This document shows positions 23,940 through 32,128 of a DNA stretch of 50,679 nucleotides, piece by piece. This DNA comes from Chloroflexi bacterium GWC2_73_18 (GTDB lineage Bacteria > Chloroflexota > Limnocylindria > Limnocylindrales > CSP1-4). Every line of letters begins with the position of its first letter. The first letter of the stretch is position 1. The notes under the pieces were generated by a model that saw nothing but the letters and a program-made list of their open reading frames with translations, was not told the DNA's origin and made no database searches. The stretch is from the NCBI GenBank assembly GCA_001794945.1, contig MGMJ01000044.1, positions 1,415-52,093 on the forward strand, written 5' to 3'. The translations under genes were made by a program, and so were the position numbers.

Positions 23940-25121
23940 GTGCCGATCTACCTCGATCACGCCGCCACGACGCCGCTCCGTGCAGAGGCGCTCGAGGCGA
24001 TGCTGCCGTACCTCACCGCCGAGTACGGCAACCCCTCGTCCGCCCACGGCGCGGGCCGTCGCGCCCGCCTCGCGCTGGACGAGGCACGGGAGCGCTTCGC
24101 TGCGGCGATCGGGGCACAGCCGCGGGAGATCGTCTTCGCCGGCACCGGCACCGAGGCGACGAACCTCGCCGTCAAGGGCGCGGCCTGGGCGGCCAAGGCG
24201 CGCGGCCATCACCTCGTCACCTCATCGGTCGAACATCATGCCACCCTCCATGCGATGCGCTACCTGGAGAAGTTCGGCTTCGAGGTGACCGAGCTGCCGG
24301 TCGACCGCTACGGGCGGGTCGACCCCGAACACCTGGCGGCGGCGATCATCGACCGGACCACGCTCGTCTCGCTCATCTGGGCCAACAACGAGGTCGGCAC
24401 GATCCAGCCGATCGCCGAGCTGATCGCCAGGATCCGGGAGCACAAGGGAGTCCTCATCCACCTCGACGCGGTCCAGGCGGCGGCCCATCTCGAGCTCGAC
24501 GTGCGGCAGCTGGGCGCGGACCTGGTCAGCTTCAGCGCCCACAAGTTCGAGGGGCCGAAGGGGATCGGCGCGCTCTGGATCCGCCACGGCACGACGCTTC
24601 TGCCGCAGACGCAGGGCGGTCCCCAGGAGCGCCACCGGCGTGCCGGCACCGAGAACGTCGCCGGGGCGGTCGGCATGGCGGTCGCCTGCGAGCTCAACCG
24701 CGCCGAACGAGCGGAGACGTCCAGGCGGCTCCGCCGCCTGCGCGATCGGCTGCGCGAGGCGGTCCTGGCCGTTCCCGGCGTCGAGCTGACCGGTCACCCG
24801 CGCGAGCGGCTTCCGAACCATCTGTCGGTCGTCGTCCGCGACACGGAGGGCGAATCGGTCGCCGTGGCCCTCGACCTCGACGGCCTCTGCTGCTCGACCG
24901 GCTCGGCCTGCGACAGCGGCTCCAACGAGGTGAGCCACGTCCTGACGGCGATGGGCTACCCGGAGGAGGAGGCGCGCGGCGCCCTCCGTTTCACGCTGGG
25001 CCGCGGCACGACCGAGGAGGAGATCGAGCGCTGCCGGGCGGCGATCCCCGAGACGATCGAGCGGCTGCGAGCGGCGGCGCTGGTCCTCGCGGAGACGCTC
25101 GGGGAGGGGGTGCGGACGTGA
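23940..25121 (+). CDS. iscS: Cysteine desulfurase (NifS/IscS/YrvO-type, class V aminotransferase)
   Basis: The evidence is [10 protein letters not shown]...[12 protein letters not shown], the PLP lysine region [16 protein letters not shown], and the active-site Cys loop STGSACDSG. It lies directly upstream of mnmA, as yrvO-trmU does in Bacillus. Alternative in-frame starts are ATG 23895 and TTG 23925. Confidence 0.9.
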   Translation: MPIYLDHAATTPLRAEALEAMLPYLTAEYGNPSSAHGAGRRARLALDEARERFAAAIGAQPREIVFAGTGTEATNLAVKGAAWAAKARGHHLVTSSVEHHATLHAMRYLEKFGFEVTELPVDRYGRVDPEHLAAAIIDRTTLVSLIWANNEVGTIQPIAELIARIREHKGVLIHLDAVQAAAHLELDVRQLGADLVSFSAHKFEGPKGIGALWIRHGTTLLPQTQGGPQERHRRAGTENVAGAVGMAVACELNRAERAETSRRLRRLRDRLREAVLAVPGVELTGHPRERLPNHLSVVVRDTEGESVAVALDLDGLCCSTGSACDSGSNEVSHVLTAMGYPEEEARGALRFTLGRGTTEEEIERCRAAIPETIERLRAAALVLAETLGEGVRT

Positions 25122-25137
25122 GGCGCCGATCCCCACG

Positions 25138-26253
25138 GTGAACCGGCGCGTCCTCGTCGCCATGTCCGGCGGGGTCGACTCGTCGGTCGCGGCGGCGCTC
25201 CTGGTGGATTCCGGGGCCGAGGTGATCGGCGTCTGGATGCGACTCCATGACGTCGCCGACGCGTACAGCGAGTTCAAGAAGAGCTGCTGCTCGCTCGACG
25301 CCGCCGACGACGCGCGGCGGGTCGCCGGACAGCTCGGCATCCCCTTCTACGTCATGAACCTGGAGCGTGAGTTCGCCGCCGGTGTCCTCGGCCCGTTCCT
25401 GCGCGCCTACCGGGAGGGCCGCACGCCCTCGCCCTGCGTGGAGTGCAACACGGAGGTGAAGTTCGGAGCGCTCCTGGGGCGGGCGCGGCACCTCTACGGG
25501 TGCGACGCGGTCGCCACCGGCCACTACGCGCGCGTCGAGGCGGTCGAGGACGCCTCGGCGCCCGGCGGTCGGCGCTACCGGCTGCGCCGGGGCCGCGACG
25601 CGGCCAAGGACCAGAGCTACTTCCTGTACGGGCTCGGCCAGGCGCAGCTGACCCATACCGTCTTCCCGCTCGGGGAGCTGGAGAAGGGCGCGGTGCGCGA
25701 CGTCGCCCGCCAGCTCGGCCTGGCGACCGCCGAGAAGCCGGAGTCGCAGGAGATCTGCTTCGTCCCCGGCGGCGACTACCGCGAGGCGCTCCGCATGCGA
25801 GCCGGCTGGACGGAGACGCCCGGGCCGCTCGTCGACGTCGATGGGCGGGTGGTGGGAGAGCACCGCGGCGTGGCGGCCTACACGGTCGGCCAGCGTCAGG
25901 GCCTCGGCGTGGCGCTGGGGGAGCGCCGCTACGTCGCCCGCCTGGACCCGGCCGCCAACCTGGTCCGGCTTGGCCGGCGCGAGGACCTGCTGCAGCGCTC
26001 ATTCGCCGTCGAGGATCTCTCCTTCGTCGCCGGTGACGCCCCGGCTCGGAGCGGCTTCGAGACCGCCGTCCAGGTCCGCCACCGCGCGGCGGCGATCCCG
26101 GCACGCATCCGACCCGCGCGGGAGGGGAACGGCGACGGGGACCGCTGGCACGTCGAGACCGAGCGACCCGTCTGGGCCGCTGCGCCTGGCCAGGCCTGTG
26201 TCTTCTACGACGCTGACATCGTCCTGGGCGGCGGCCGCATCGCCCGGGAATGA
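25138..26253 (+). CDS. mnmA: tRNA-specific 2-thiouridylase MnmA
   Basis: The evidence is the PP-loop [15 protein letters not shown], the catalytic Cys regions (PSPCVECN; QEICF) and the motif [12 protein letters not shown]. Confidence 0.95.
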   Translation: MNRRVLVAMSGGVDSSVAAALLVDSGAEVIGVWMRLHDVADAYSEFKKSCCSLDAADDARRVAGQLGIPFYVMNLEREFAAGVLGPFLRAYREGRTPSPCVECNTEVKFGALLGRARHLYGCDAVATGHYARVEAVEDASAPGGRRYRLRRGRDAAKDQSYFLYGLGQAQLTHTVFPLGELEKGAVRDVARQLGLATAEKPESQEICFVPGGDYREALRMRAGWTETPGPLVDVDGRVVGEHRGVAAYTVGQRQGLGVALGERRYVARLDPAANLVRLGRREDLLQRSFAVEDLSFVAGDAPARSGFETAVQVRHRAAAIPARIRPAREGNGDGDRWHVETERPVWAAAPGQACVFYDADIVLGGGRIARE

Positions 26254-26302
26254 TGGGACGCAGTCGAGTGCGCCCACGGTCCCGGACGCAGAGAACGGAA
26301 CT

Positions 26303-26552
26303 GGGCCGCTGGGCGACGTCTTCGCGCTGGGGGCGGCGGCGACCTGGGGGATCACTCGGTCATGATCGGGGAACCGTGGCTGGCGCTCCTCTACGCCACC
26401 TTCTTCAGCGTCGTGCTGGCCAACCTGCTCTGCTTCGCGGCGATCCACCGCGTCGGGACGGCGCGAGCCGCCCTCTTATCTACCTGGAGCCGTTCTACGG
26501 CGTCCTCTTCGGCCGGACGCGCCGGCCGCCGATCGCCGAGCCGGGCGTCTGA
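26303..26552 (+). pseudogene. Remnant of an EamA/DMT-family transporter gene
   Basis: Frame 2 reads GPLGDVFALGAAATWGI, which is TM1-like (..WG motif), and then hits a stop at 26363. Frame 1 reads PWLALLYATFFSVVLANLLCFAAIHRVGTARAALLS, and frame 3 continues with LIYLEPFYGVLFG (the EamA pattern ...G.ar.s...yl.P....l.g). Only about 80 of the expected ~300 residues remain, across at least two frame changes. Confidence 0.55.
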
Positions 26553-26554
26553 GG

Positions 26555-26560
26555 TAGGCT
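26555..26560 (+). promoter_or_regulatory. Candidate -10 hexamer TAGGCT in front of the methyltransferase gene
   Basis: TAGGCT is followed by 8 nt and then ATG 26569. There is no Shine-Dalgarno. Confidence 0.3.
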
Positions 26561-26568
26561 GACGCGCG

Positions 26569-27633
26569 ATGAACCCCTTCGTCGAGCGGCTCTCGCGCTC
26601 GGCCGCCGGTTTCTTCGACGTGGTGACGGTCTACCTGGGCGACCGGCTCGGCTACTACCGCGCCCTCGCCGACGTCGGGTCGCTGACCTCGGTGGAGCTG
26701 GCGGAGCGGACCGCAACCGCGGAGCGCTACGCACGCGAGTGGCTCGAGCAGCAGGCGTCGACCGGGATCCTGGAGGTCGCCCGGCCATCGGCCGACCCGC
26801 TCGCCCGGCGCTACCGTCTGCCGGCCGCTCATGCCACCGTGCTCCTCGACCGCGACAGCCTCGACTACCTGGCGCCCATGCCCCGCTCGCTCGCCCGCGC
26901 GGTGCGCTTCCTGCCCGCCGTCCTGGAGGCGTTCCGCACCGGCCGGGGGGTCGAGGAGGGCGCGTACGCCGAGGCCGATCTGGACGAGCTGGCCGAGGAC
27001 AACCGGCCCGCCTTCCTGATCCGCCTGGGACGCGAGTGGCTCCCCGCTATCCCCGGGGTCCACGCGCGCCTCGGGGCCGAGCCGCCCGCTCACGTGGCAG
27101 ACATCGGCTGCGGGACGGGCTGGTCGGCGATCGCCATGGCCCAGGCGTACCCGAAGGCGCGGATCGATGGCCTCGACCTCGACGAGACGCGGATCGCCAG
27201 GGCCCTGCGGAACGCCGCCGATGCCGGGCTCTCCGGGCGGGTCCGTTTCGAGGCGCGAGACGCGGCGCGCCTGCCGGATGGCGGGCCATACGACCTGGTG
27301 ACCGCCTTCGAGACGATCCATGACATGGCGCGGCCGGTGGATGTGCTGCGCGCGGTCCGCGGCGCGCTGCGTGAGGACGGGGCGATGCTCATCGCCGACG
27401 AGCGGGTCGCCGACACGTTCACCGCCCCGGCGGCCGAGATCGAGCAGCTCGTCTACGGCTGGAGCGTCCTCTCCTGCCTCCCGGAGGGGATGGTCGGGCC
27501 CGACCCGGCCGGTACCGGCGCGGTGATGCGCCCGGCGACCCTGCGACGCTACGCGGAGGAGGCGGGCTTCCGGTCGTTCGAGGTCCTGCCCATCGATTAC
27601 GAGCTGTGGCGCTTCTACCTGCTGCGCCCGTGA
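26569..27633 (+). CDS. Class I SAM-dependent methyltransferase with an N-terminal winged-helix (dimerisation-like) domain
   Basis: The N-terminal wHTH-like region reads LGYYRALADVGSLTSVELAERTATAERYAREWLEQQASTGIL. SAM motif I is VADIGCGTGWSAIAMA and the post-I acidic residue is in DGLDLD. Motif II/III region: YDLVTAFETIHDM...LREDGAMLIAD. Confidence 0.8.
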   Translation: MNPFVERLSRSAAGFFDVVTVYLGDRLGYYRALADVGSLTSVELAERTATAERYAREWLEQQASTGILEVARPSADPLARRYRLPAAHATVLLDRDSLDYLAPMPRSLARAVRFLPAVLEAFRTGRGVEEGAYAEADLDELAEDNRPAFLIRLGREWLPAIPGVHARLGAEPPAHVADIGCGTGWSAIAMAQAYPKARIDGLDLDETRIARALRNAADAGLSGRVRFEARDAARLPDGGPYDLVTAFETIHDMARPVDVLRAVRGALREDGAMLIADERVADTFTAPAAEIEQLVYGWSVLSCLPEGMVGPDPAGTGAVMRPATLRRYAEEAGFRSFEVLPIDYELWRFYLLRP

Positions 27634-27645
27634 GGCGGGGGCGCG

Positions 27646-27671
27646 CCGGCCGTGGAGCGGGCGGCGGCCGG
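27646..27671 (+). terminator. GC hairpin after the methyltransferase gene (7-bp stem ccggccg/cggccgg, 12-nt loop)
   Basis: An inverted repeat read from the sequence, 13 nt after the stop. Confidence 0.3.
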
Positions 27672-27703
27672 GCCGCAGGTGCCGGCATGAGACCCTCCGC
27701 CTG

Positions 27704-27982
27704 ATGCCGGAGATCGGACCGGCGCCGGTCCTGGCGCTCCTGGCCGGCACCTTCCACACCGCCCTCTTCGTGCTGATCCGGGACTCGCGCGAGCGACTCC
27801 TCCTCTCCTACGTGGCCGCGGTCCTCGGGGCGCTGGCGGGGGACGCGCTCGGCGGGCGTGTCGGCGGCGACCCGTTGCGGATCGGAGATTTCAGCCTGCT
27901 CTGGGCATCGGCGTTCGCCTGGATCGGGCTCCTGCTCGTCTGGCTCGTCGCCCAGCTCGGCCCGGAGCGACGCGCGCGCTGA
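27704..27982 (+). CDS. Small hypothetical membrane protein (92 aa, ~3 TM segments)
   Basis: The ORF has strong GC3 bias and three hydrophobic stretches (PVLALLAGTFHTALFVLI; LLLSYVAAVLGALAG; LLWASAFAWIGLLLVWLVA). I recognise no family. Confidence 0.55.
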   Translation: MPEIGPAPVLALLAGTFHTALFVLIRDSRERLLLSYVAAVLGALAGDALGGRVGGDPLRIGDFSLLWASAFAWIGLLLVWLVAQLGPERRAR

Positions 27983-28070
27983 CGGAGCGTGCGCCGGACC
28001 GACCCGGAAGCAGGACGCCGCTGGCGGCCCGTGATCGGCTCCCCGCCGCCGCCCCGCCTGCGCGGTTTGG

Positions 28071-28076
28071 TACCGT
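28071..28076 (+). promoter_or_regulatory. Candidate -10 hexamer TACCGT for a leaderless alaS transcript
   Basis: TACCGT is followed by 7 nt and then ATG 28084. There is no Shine-Dalgarno. Confidence 0.35.
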
Positions 28077-28083
28077 AGCCCTG

Positions 28084-30864
28084 ATGCAGCCGATCCCCCA
28101 CCTTCCCGCCGACGAGATCCGGCGGCGCTTCGTCGCGTTCTTCGCCGCGCGCGGCCACGAGGTCGTCCCGAGCGCCGGCCTGGTGCCCGCCGGCGACCCG
28201 ACCCTCCTCTTCACCAACTCGGGCATGGTCCAGTTCAAGGACGTCCTGACCGGCCGCGAGACGCGCTCCTACAGCCGCGCCGTCGACTACCAGCGCTGCC
28301 TCCGCGTCGCCGGCAAGCACAATGACTTCGAGGAGGTCGGGCGAACGCCGCGCCACCACACCCTCTTCGAGATGCTCGGCAACTGGAGCTTCGGCGATTA
28401 CTTCAAACGCGAGGCGATCGCCTGGGCCTGGGAGCTCCTCACCGATGGCTACGGCATCCCCGGCGATCGGCTGGCCGCCACCGTCTATGGCGACGACGAG
28501 GAGGCCTACGCCGCCTGGCACGAGATGATCGGCCTGCCACCCGAACGGATCGCCCGCTGGGGTGACATCGCCTCCGGCGACGAGAAGAACTTCTGGCGGA
28601 TGGCCGACACGGGCCCGGCCGGTCGCTGCAGCGAGGTCCACTTCGACCGCGGCGCCGAGTTCAGCGAGGGCGACTTCTGCATCCCCGACCACTCGGAGGT
28701 CTGCCCGCGCTGGCTGGAGGTCTGGAACCTCGTCTTCATGGAGTTCGAGCGCTTCGCCGACGGGACGCTGGAAGAGCTCCCCTTCAAGAGCGTCGACACC
28801 GGCATGGGCCTCGAGCGCCTCGCCAGCGTCGTCCAGGGCGCCGGCTCCAACTACGACACCGACCTTTTCCTGCCGCTCCACGACCGGATGCGCGACCTGC
28901 TCGGCCACGAGCCGGCCGAGTTCGAGTCGCAGCGCTTCAGCTACCAGGTGATCGCCGACCACGCTCGCGCCGTCACCTTCCTGGTCGCCGACGGCGTGAC
29001 GCCTTCCAACGAGGACCGCGGCTACGTCCTGCGCCGGATCCTCCGCCGGGCCGCCCGTCACGGCCGGCTGCTGGGCTACGCGAAACCGTTCCTGGCCGAG
29101 ATCGCCGACGTCGTCGTCGACGTCATGGCGCCGGCCTACCCGTACCTGGCGGACGAGCGCCCCCGGATCATCGACGTGATCCGCCGCGACGAGGCGCTCT
29201 TCGCGCGGACGCTCGATGCGGGGGTGAAGCATCTTGAGTCGGCGATCCTCAAGGCCTACGCGCTCCGGCCCCATCGGATAGGTGCGTCGCACATCCCCGA
29301 GGCCATGGTCGGTAGGCGCGCGGAGGAGCTGCCCGCAAGTGCACCGGTGATGGACGGGGCCGACGCCTTCCGCCTCCACGACACCTACGGCTTCCCCGTG
29401 GACCTCACCGTCGAGCTGGCGGCCGAGCGCGGCGTGCGTGTCGACCGGCCGGGCTTCGAGGAGGCGCTCGCGGAGCAGCGGGCGCGTTCGCGCGCGGGCA
29501 CGAAGGGAGAGCTGGCGCGGCTGGCGCAGATGACGCAGCTCTACGAACAGCTGGCGCGGCGGGCCGGTGAGACACGCTTCGTCGGCTACGAGACGACCGC
29601 CCACGCCGGCCGCGTCCTGGCGATCCTGCGCGACGGGATCGAGTACGAGGAGCTCGCCGGCGAGGGCGCTGCCGAGGTCATCCTCGACGTCACCCCCTTC
29701 TACGGCGAGGGCGGTGGGCAGATCGGCGACCGCGGGGCGCTCCGCGGCGGGGGCCCGGAGGCGGCCGCCGTCTTCGAGGTCGAGGACACGCAACGGCCGG
29801 TGGTGGGACTGATCGTCCACCGCGGACGGCTCGCCGGCTCGCTCCGGGTCGGCCAGACCGTCCACGCCGAGGTCGACGCGGGGCGGCGCGCCCGCACGAT
29901 GCGCAACCACACCGGCACGCACCTCCTCCACCGCGCCCTGCGCAACGTGGTCGGCCCGGCCGCCCGCCAGGCGGGGTCGCTCGTGACTCCGCAGTACCTC
30001 CGTTTCGACTACCCGCTCGACCGCCCGCTGGCGGGCGAGGAGCGCCTTGCCATCGAGGACGAGGTGCGCCGCATCATCCGCGAGGACCGGCCCGTCACTC
30101 CCAGGCAGGTGACCATGGGCGAGGCGGTCGAGCTGGGCGCGGACGCGTTCTTCGACGAGAAGTACGGCGAGACGGTGCGGATCGTCGAGGTCGCCGGCTA
30201 CAGCCGCGAGCTGTGCGGTGGGACGCACTGCGCCGCGACGGGCCAGGTCGGCGGCTTCGTCATCGTGGGCGACCGACCCATCGGTTCGGGCATGCGCCGC
30301 GTCGAGGCGCTCACCGGCGACGGAGCGGACGCGCTCGCCCGCGGCCGCCTGGCCGCCCTCGACCGGGTCGCCGAGCTGGTCGGCGCGCCGGACCCGTCGG
30401 CAGCAGCCGAGCGCGTGGCCATGCTGCAGGGGCGCCTCCGCGAGCTGGAGCGTCGCCTGCGCGCCGGCGGGGGCGGCCTCCCGAAGCCGGCCGAGCTGGC
30501 GCGCAGGGCGGACGAACTGGCGCCCGACGTCCGCTGGGTCTCGGCCGAGGTCGACCTCGGCTCGGTCGAGGAGCTGAAGGCCTACGCCCGCGACGTGCGC
30601 GGCGCGCTCCCCTCGGGCGTCATCGCCCTCGTCCTCGCCGGCGATGAGCCGCAGCTCTTCGTGACGGTCAGCGAGGACCTCGTGGCACGAGGCCTTTCGG
30701 CCGCCGAGCTGGTGCGCGTCGGGGCGGCGGCGATCGGCGGCCGCGGCGGCGGCCGGCCGGAGATGGCCCAGGGGAAGGGGCGGGGTCGCCAACGCGCCGG
30801 CGAGGCCCTCGCGGCGATGCGCGATACGGCGACCGCGGGCCTGGCGGGCGCCAGCGGGGCCTGA
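28084..30864 (+). CDS. alaS: Alanine--tRNA ligase
   Basis: The evidence is FTNSGMVQFKDV, RVAGKHNDFEEVG, the editing-domain motifs HTGTHLLH and CGGTHC, and the C-terminal DHHA1 motif GGRGGGRPEMAQGKG. At 926 aa it is longer than typical AlaRS because of a ~20-25 aa insertion before AFRLHDTYGFP. Confidence 0.95.
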   Translation: MQPIPHLPADEIRRRFVAFFAARGHEVVPSAGLVPAGDPTLLFTNSGMVQFKDVLTGRETRSYSRAVDYQRCLRVAGKHNDFEEVGRTPRHHTLFEMLGNWSFGDYFKREAIAWAWELLTDGYGIPGDRLAATVYGDDEEAYAAWHEMIGLPPERIARWGDIASGDEKNFWRMADTGPAGRCSEVHFDRGAEFSEGDFCIPDHSEVCPRWLEVWNLVFMEFERFADGTLEELPFKSVDTGMGLERLASVVQGAGSNYDTDLFLPLHDRMRDLLGHEPAEFESQRFSYQVIADHARAVTFLVADGVTPSNEDRGYVLRRILRRAARHGRLLGYAKPFLAEIADVVVDVMAPAYPYLADERPRIIDVIRRDEALFARTLDAGVKHLESAILKAYALRPHRIGASHIPEAMVGRRAEELPASAPVMDGADAFRLHDTYGFPVDLTVELAAERGVRVDRPGFEEALAEQRARSRAGTKGELARLAQMTQLYEQLARRAGETRFVGYETTAHAGRVLAILRDGIEYEELAGEGAAEVILDVTPFYGEGGGQIGDRGALRGGGPEAAAVFEVEDTQRPVVGLIVHRGRLAGSLRVGQTVHAEVDAGRRARTMRNHTGTHLLHRALRNVVGPAARQAGSLVTPQYLRFDYPLDRPLAGEERLAIEDEVRRIIREDRPVTPRQVTMGEAVELGADAFFDEKYGETVRIVEVAGYSRELCGGTHCAATGQVGGFVIVGDRPIGSGMRRVEALTGDGADALARGRLAALDRVAELVGAPDPSAAAERVAMLQGRLRELERRLRAGGGGLPKPAELARRADELAPDVRWVSAEVDLGSVEELKAYARDVRGALPSGVIALVLAGDEPQLFVTVSEDLVARGLSAAELVRVGAAAIGGRGGGRPEMAQGKGRGRQRAGEALAAMRDTATAGLAGASGA

Positions 30865-32126
30865 TGGACCTCCTGCGTCGGCTCTGGCGGCGCGACGAGC
30901 TGGGACGGCTCGACGCCTGCACGGCGTTGGACGTGGGCACCGAGTTTGCCAAGGCGCTCGTCTTCGCCGTCGACGAGGCGGGCCACGGCGAGGTTCGCGG
31001 GGTCGGCCGCCAGCGCCAGGGCCTCAGCCACATGCAGTCCGGCACGGTGGCCGACATCGCCGCCGTCGTCGACAATTGCGCGGTCGCCCTCCAGGCGGCC
31101 GAGGAGATGGCGGGCTTCCGTCCGACGCAGGTCGTCATCGGCATCGCCGGGGAGCTGGTCAAGGGCTTCACCACCGTCCGCTCGCAGGAACGCAAGCGCC
31201 CCGAACAGCCGATCGGCGAGGCGGAGCTGAGCCGGCTGATCGAGACGATCCAGCAGGAAGCGCAGCGAACCGCCGAGAAGGCGATCACCTGGGAGACCGG
31301 GCTCCCCACCGTGGACGTCCGTCTCGTCCACGCGGCCGTCACCGGCGCGACCGTCGACGGCTACCCGGTCACCAGCCCGATCGGCTTCCAGGGGCGTCAC
31401 CTCCAGGTCGGCATCTTCGACGCCTACGCGCCGCTCGTCCATCTCGGCGCCCTCCAGTCGGTGGCGGCGCAGCTCGACCTGGACCTCCTCGCCGTCGTCG
31501 CCGAGCCCTACGCCGTGGCGCGCTGTCTCGGCGGTGTCGGGGTCCAGCAGTCGGGCGGCCTCTTCGTCGATGTCGGCGGCGGCACGACCGACGTGGCGCT
31601 GGTGCGGGGCGGCGGCATCGAGGCGACCCGGATGTTCGCATTGGGCGGTCGCGCCTTCACCCGGTCGATCGCCGACGGGCTGGAACTCCCCTTCGCCCGC
31701 GCCGAGGCGCTCAAGATCGACGTCGCGCGCGGCCTCGACGTCGCCGAGCGCGCTCGGGTGGAGGCGATCGTGGCCGAGGACGTCGCCGTCTGGTCGGCCG
31801 GCGTCGAGCTCGTCCTGGAGGAATTGTCCGGCGAGGAGCTGCTGCCGAACCGGATCTTCCTCTGCGGCGGCGGCGCGGGGCTGCCGCAGATCCCGGCCGC
31901 GCTCGGGGATGCCCGTTTCGCCGACCGGCTCCCGTTCGGACGGCCGCCCGAGGTGCGCGTCCTGGCGCCCGACCAGGTCGAGTCGATCGGGGACGTGACC
32001 GGGCTGCTCGTCGATCAGCAGGATGTCACCCCGCTGGCGCTCGCCTACCAGGCGATCGAGCTGCACGCGGAGGAGGCGCCGCTCGACGCGACGCTGCGGC
32101 GCGTCCTGCGCGCCATGAAGGTGTAG
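30864..32126 (+). CDS. FtsA-like actin-fold ATPase (SHS2/1C-type insertion, C-terminal amphipathic helix)
   Basis: Phosphate-1 is LDVGTEFAKALVF, phosphate-2 is FVDVGGGTTDVALV and the adenosine motif is IFLCGGGAGLPQI. An inserted domain follows GIAGELVKG, as in FtsA. The C-terminus is LDATLRRVLRAMKV. The ATG overlaps the alaS stop (TGATG). Confidence 0.75.
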   Translation: MDLLRRLWRRDELGRLDACTALDVGTEFAKALVFAVDEAGHGEVRGVGRQRQGLSHMQSGTVADIAAVVDNCAVALQAAEEMAGFRPTQVVIGIAGELVKGFTTVRSQERKRPEQPIGEAELSRLIETIQQEAQRTAEKAITWETGLPTVDVRLVHAAVTGATVDGYPVTSPIGFQGRHLQVGIFDAYAPLVHLGALQSVAAQLDLDLLAVVAEPYAVARCLGGVGVQQSGGLFVDVGGGTTDVALVRGGGIEATRMFALGGRAFTRSIADGLELPFARAEALKIDVARGLDVAERARVEAIVAEDVAVWSAGVELVLEELSGEELLPNRIFLCGGGAGLPQIPAALGDARFADRLPFGRPPEVRVLAPDQVESIGDVTGLLVDQQDVTPLALAYQAIELHAEEAPLDATLRRVLRAMKV

Positions 32127-32128
32127 GG

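Noticed and set aside
28068-28075. A T-box-core-like octamer, TGGTACCG (UGGUACCG, with UGGU matching a tRNA-Ala ACCA end), sits just upstream of alaS. A GAA-GCA-G string that could mimic a specifier lies about 60 nt upstream.
   Set aside because: The whole intergenic region is only ~100 nt. I could not find Stem I features (K-turn, AG bulge, distal loop) or a convincing antiterminator/sequestrator helix. By base composition the octamer is expected roughly once or twice per window. The same bases are equally well explained as a TACCGT -10 element. Rfam RF00230 cmsearch would settle it.
27808-30792. Very long antisense ORFs. Examples are 994 aa opposite alaS, 710 aa opposite relA (14038-16170), 730 aa opposite topA (3569-5761), 594 aa opposite aspS (19084-20868) and 579 aa opposite dxs (41185-42924).
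   Set aside because: Their translations are Arg/Gly/Pro/Ala-rich low-complexity strings with no recognisable motif. The opposite strand encodes textbook conserved proteins. Long stop-free antisense frames are an expected artefact of ~72% GC DNA.
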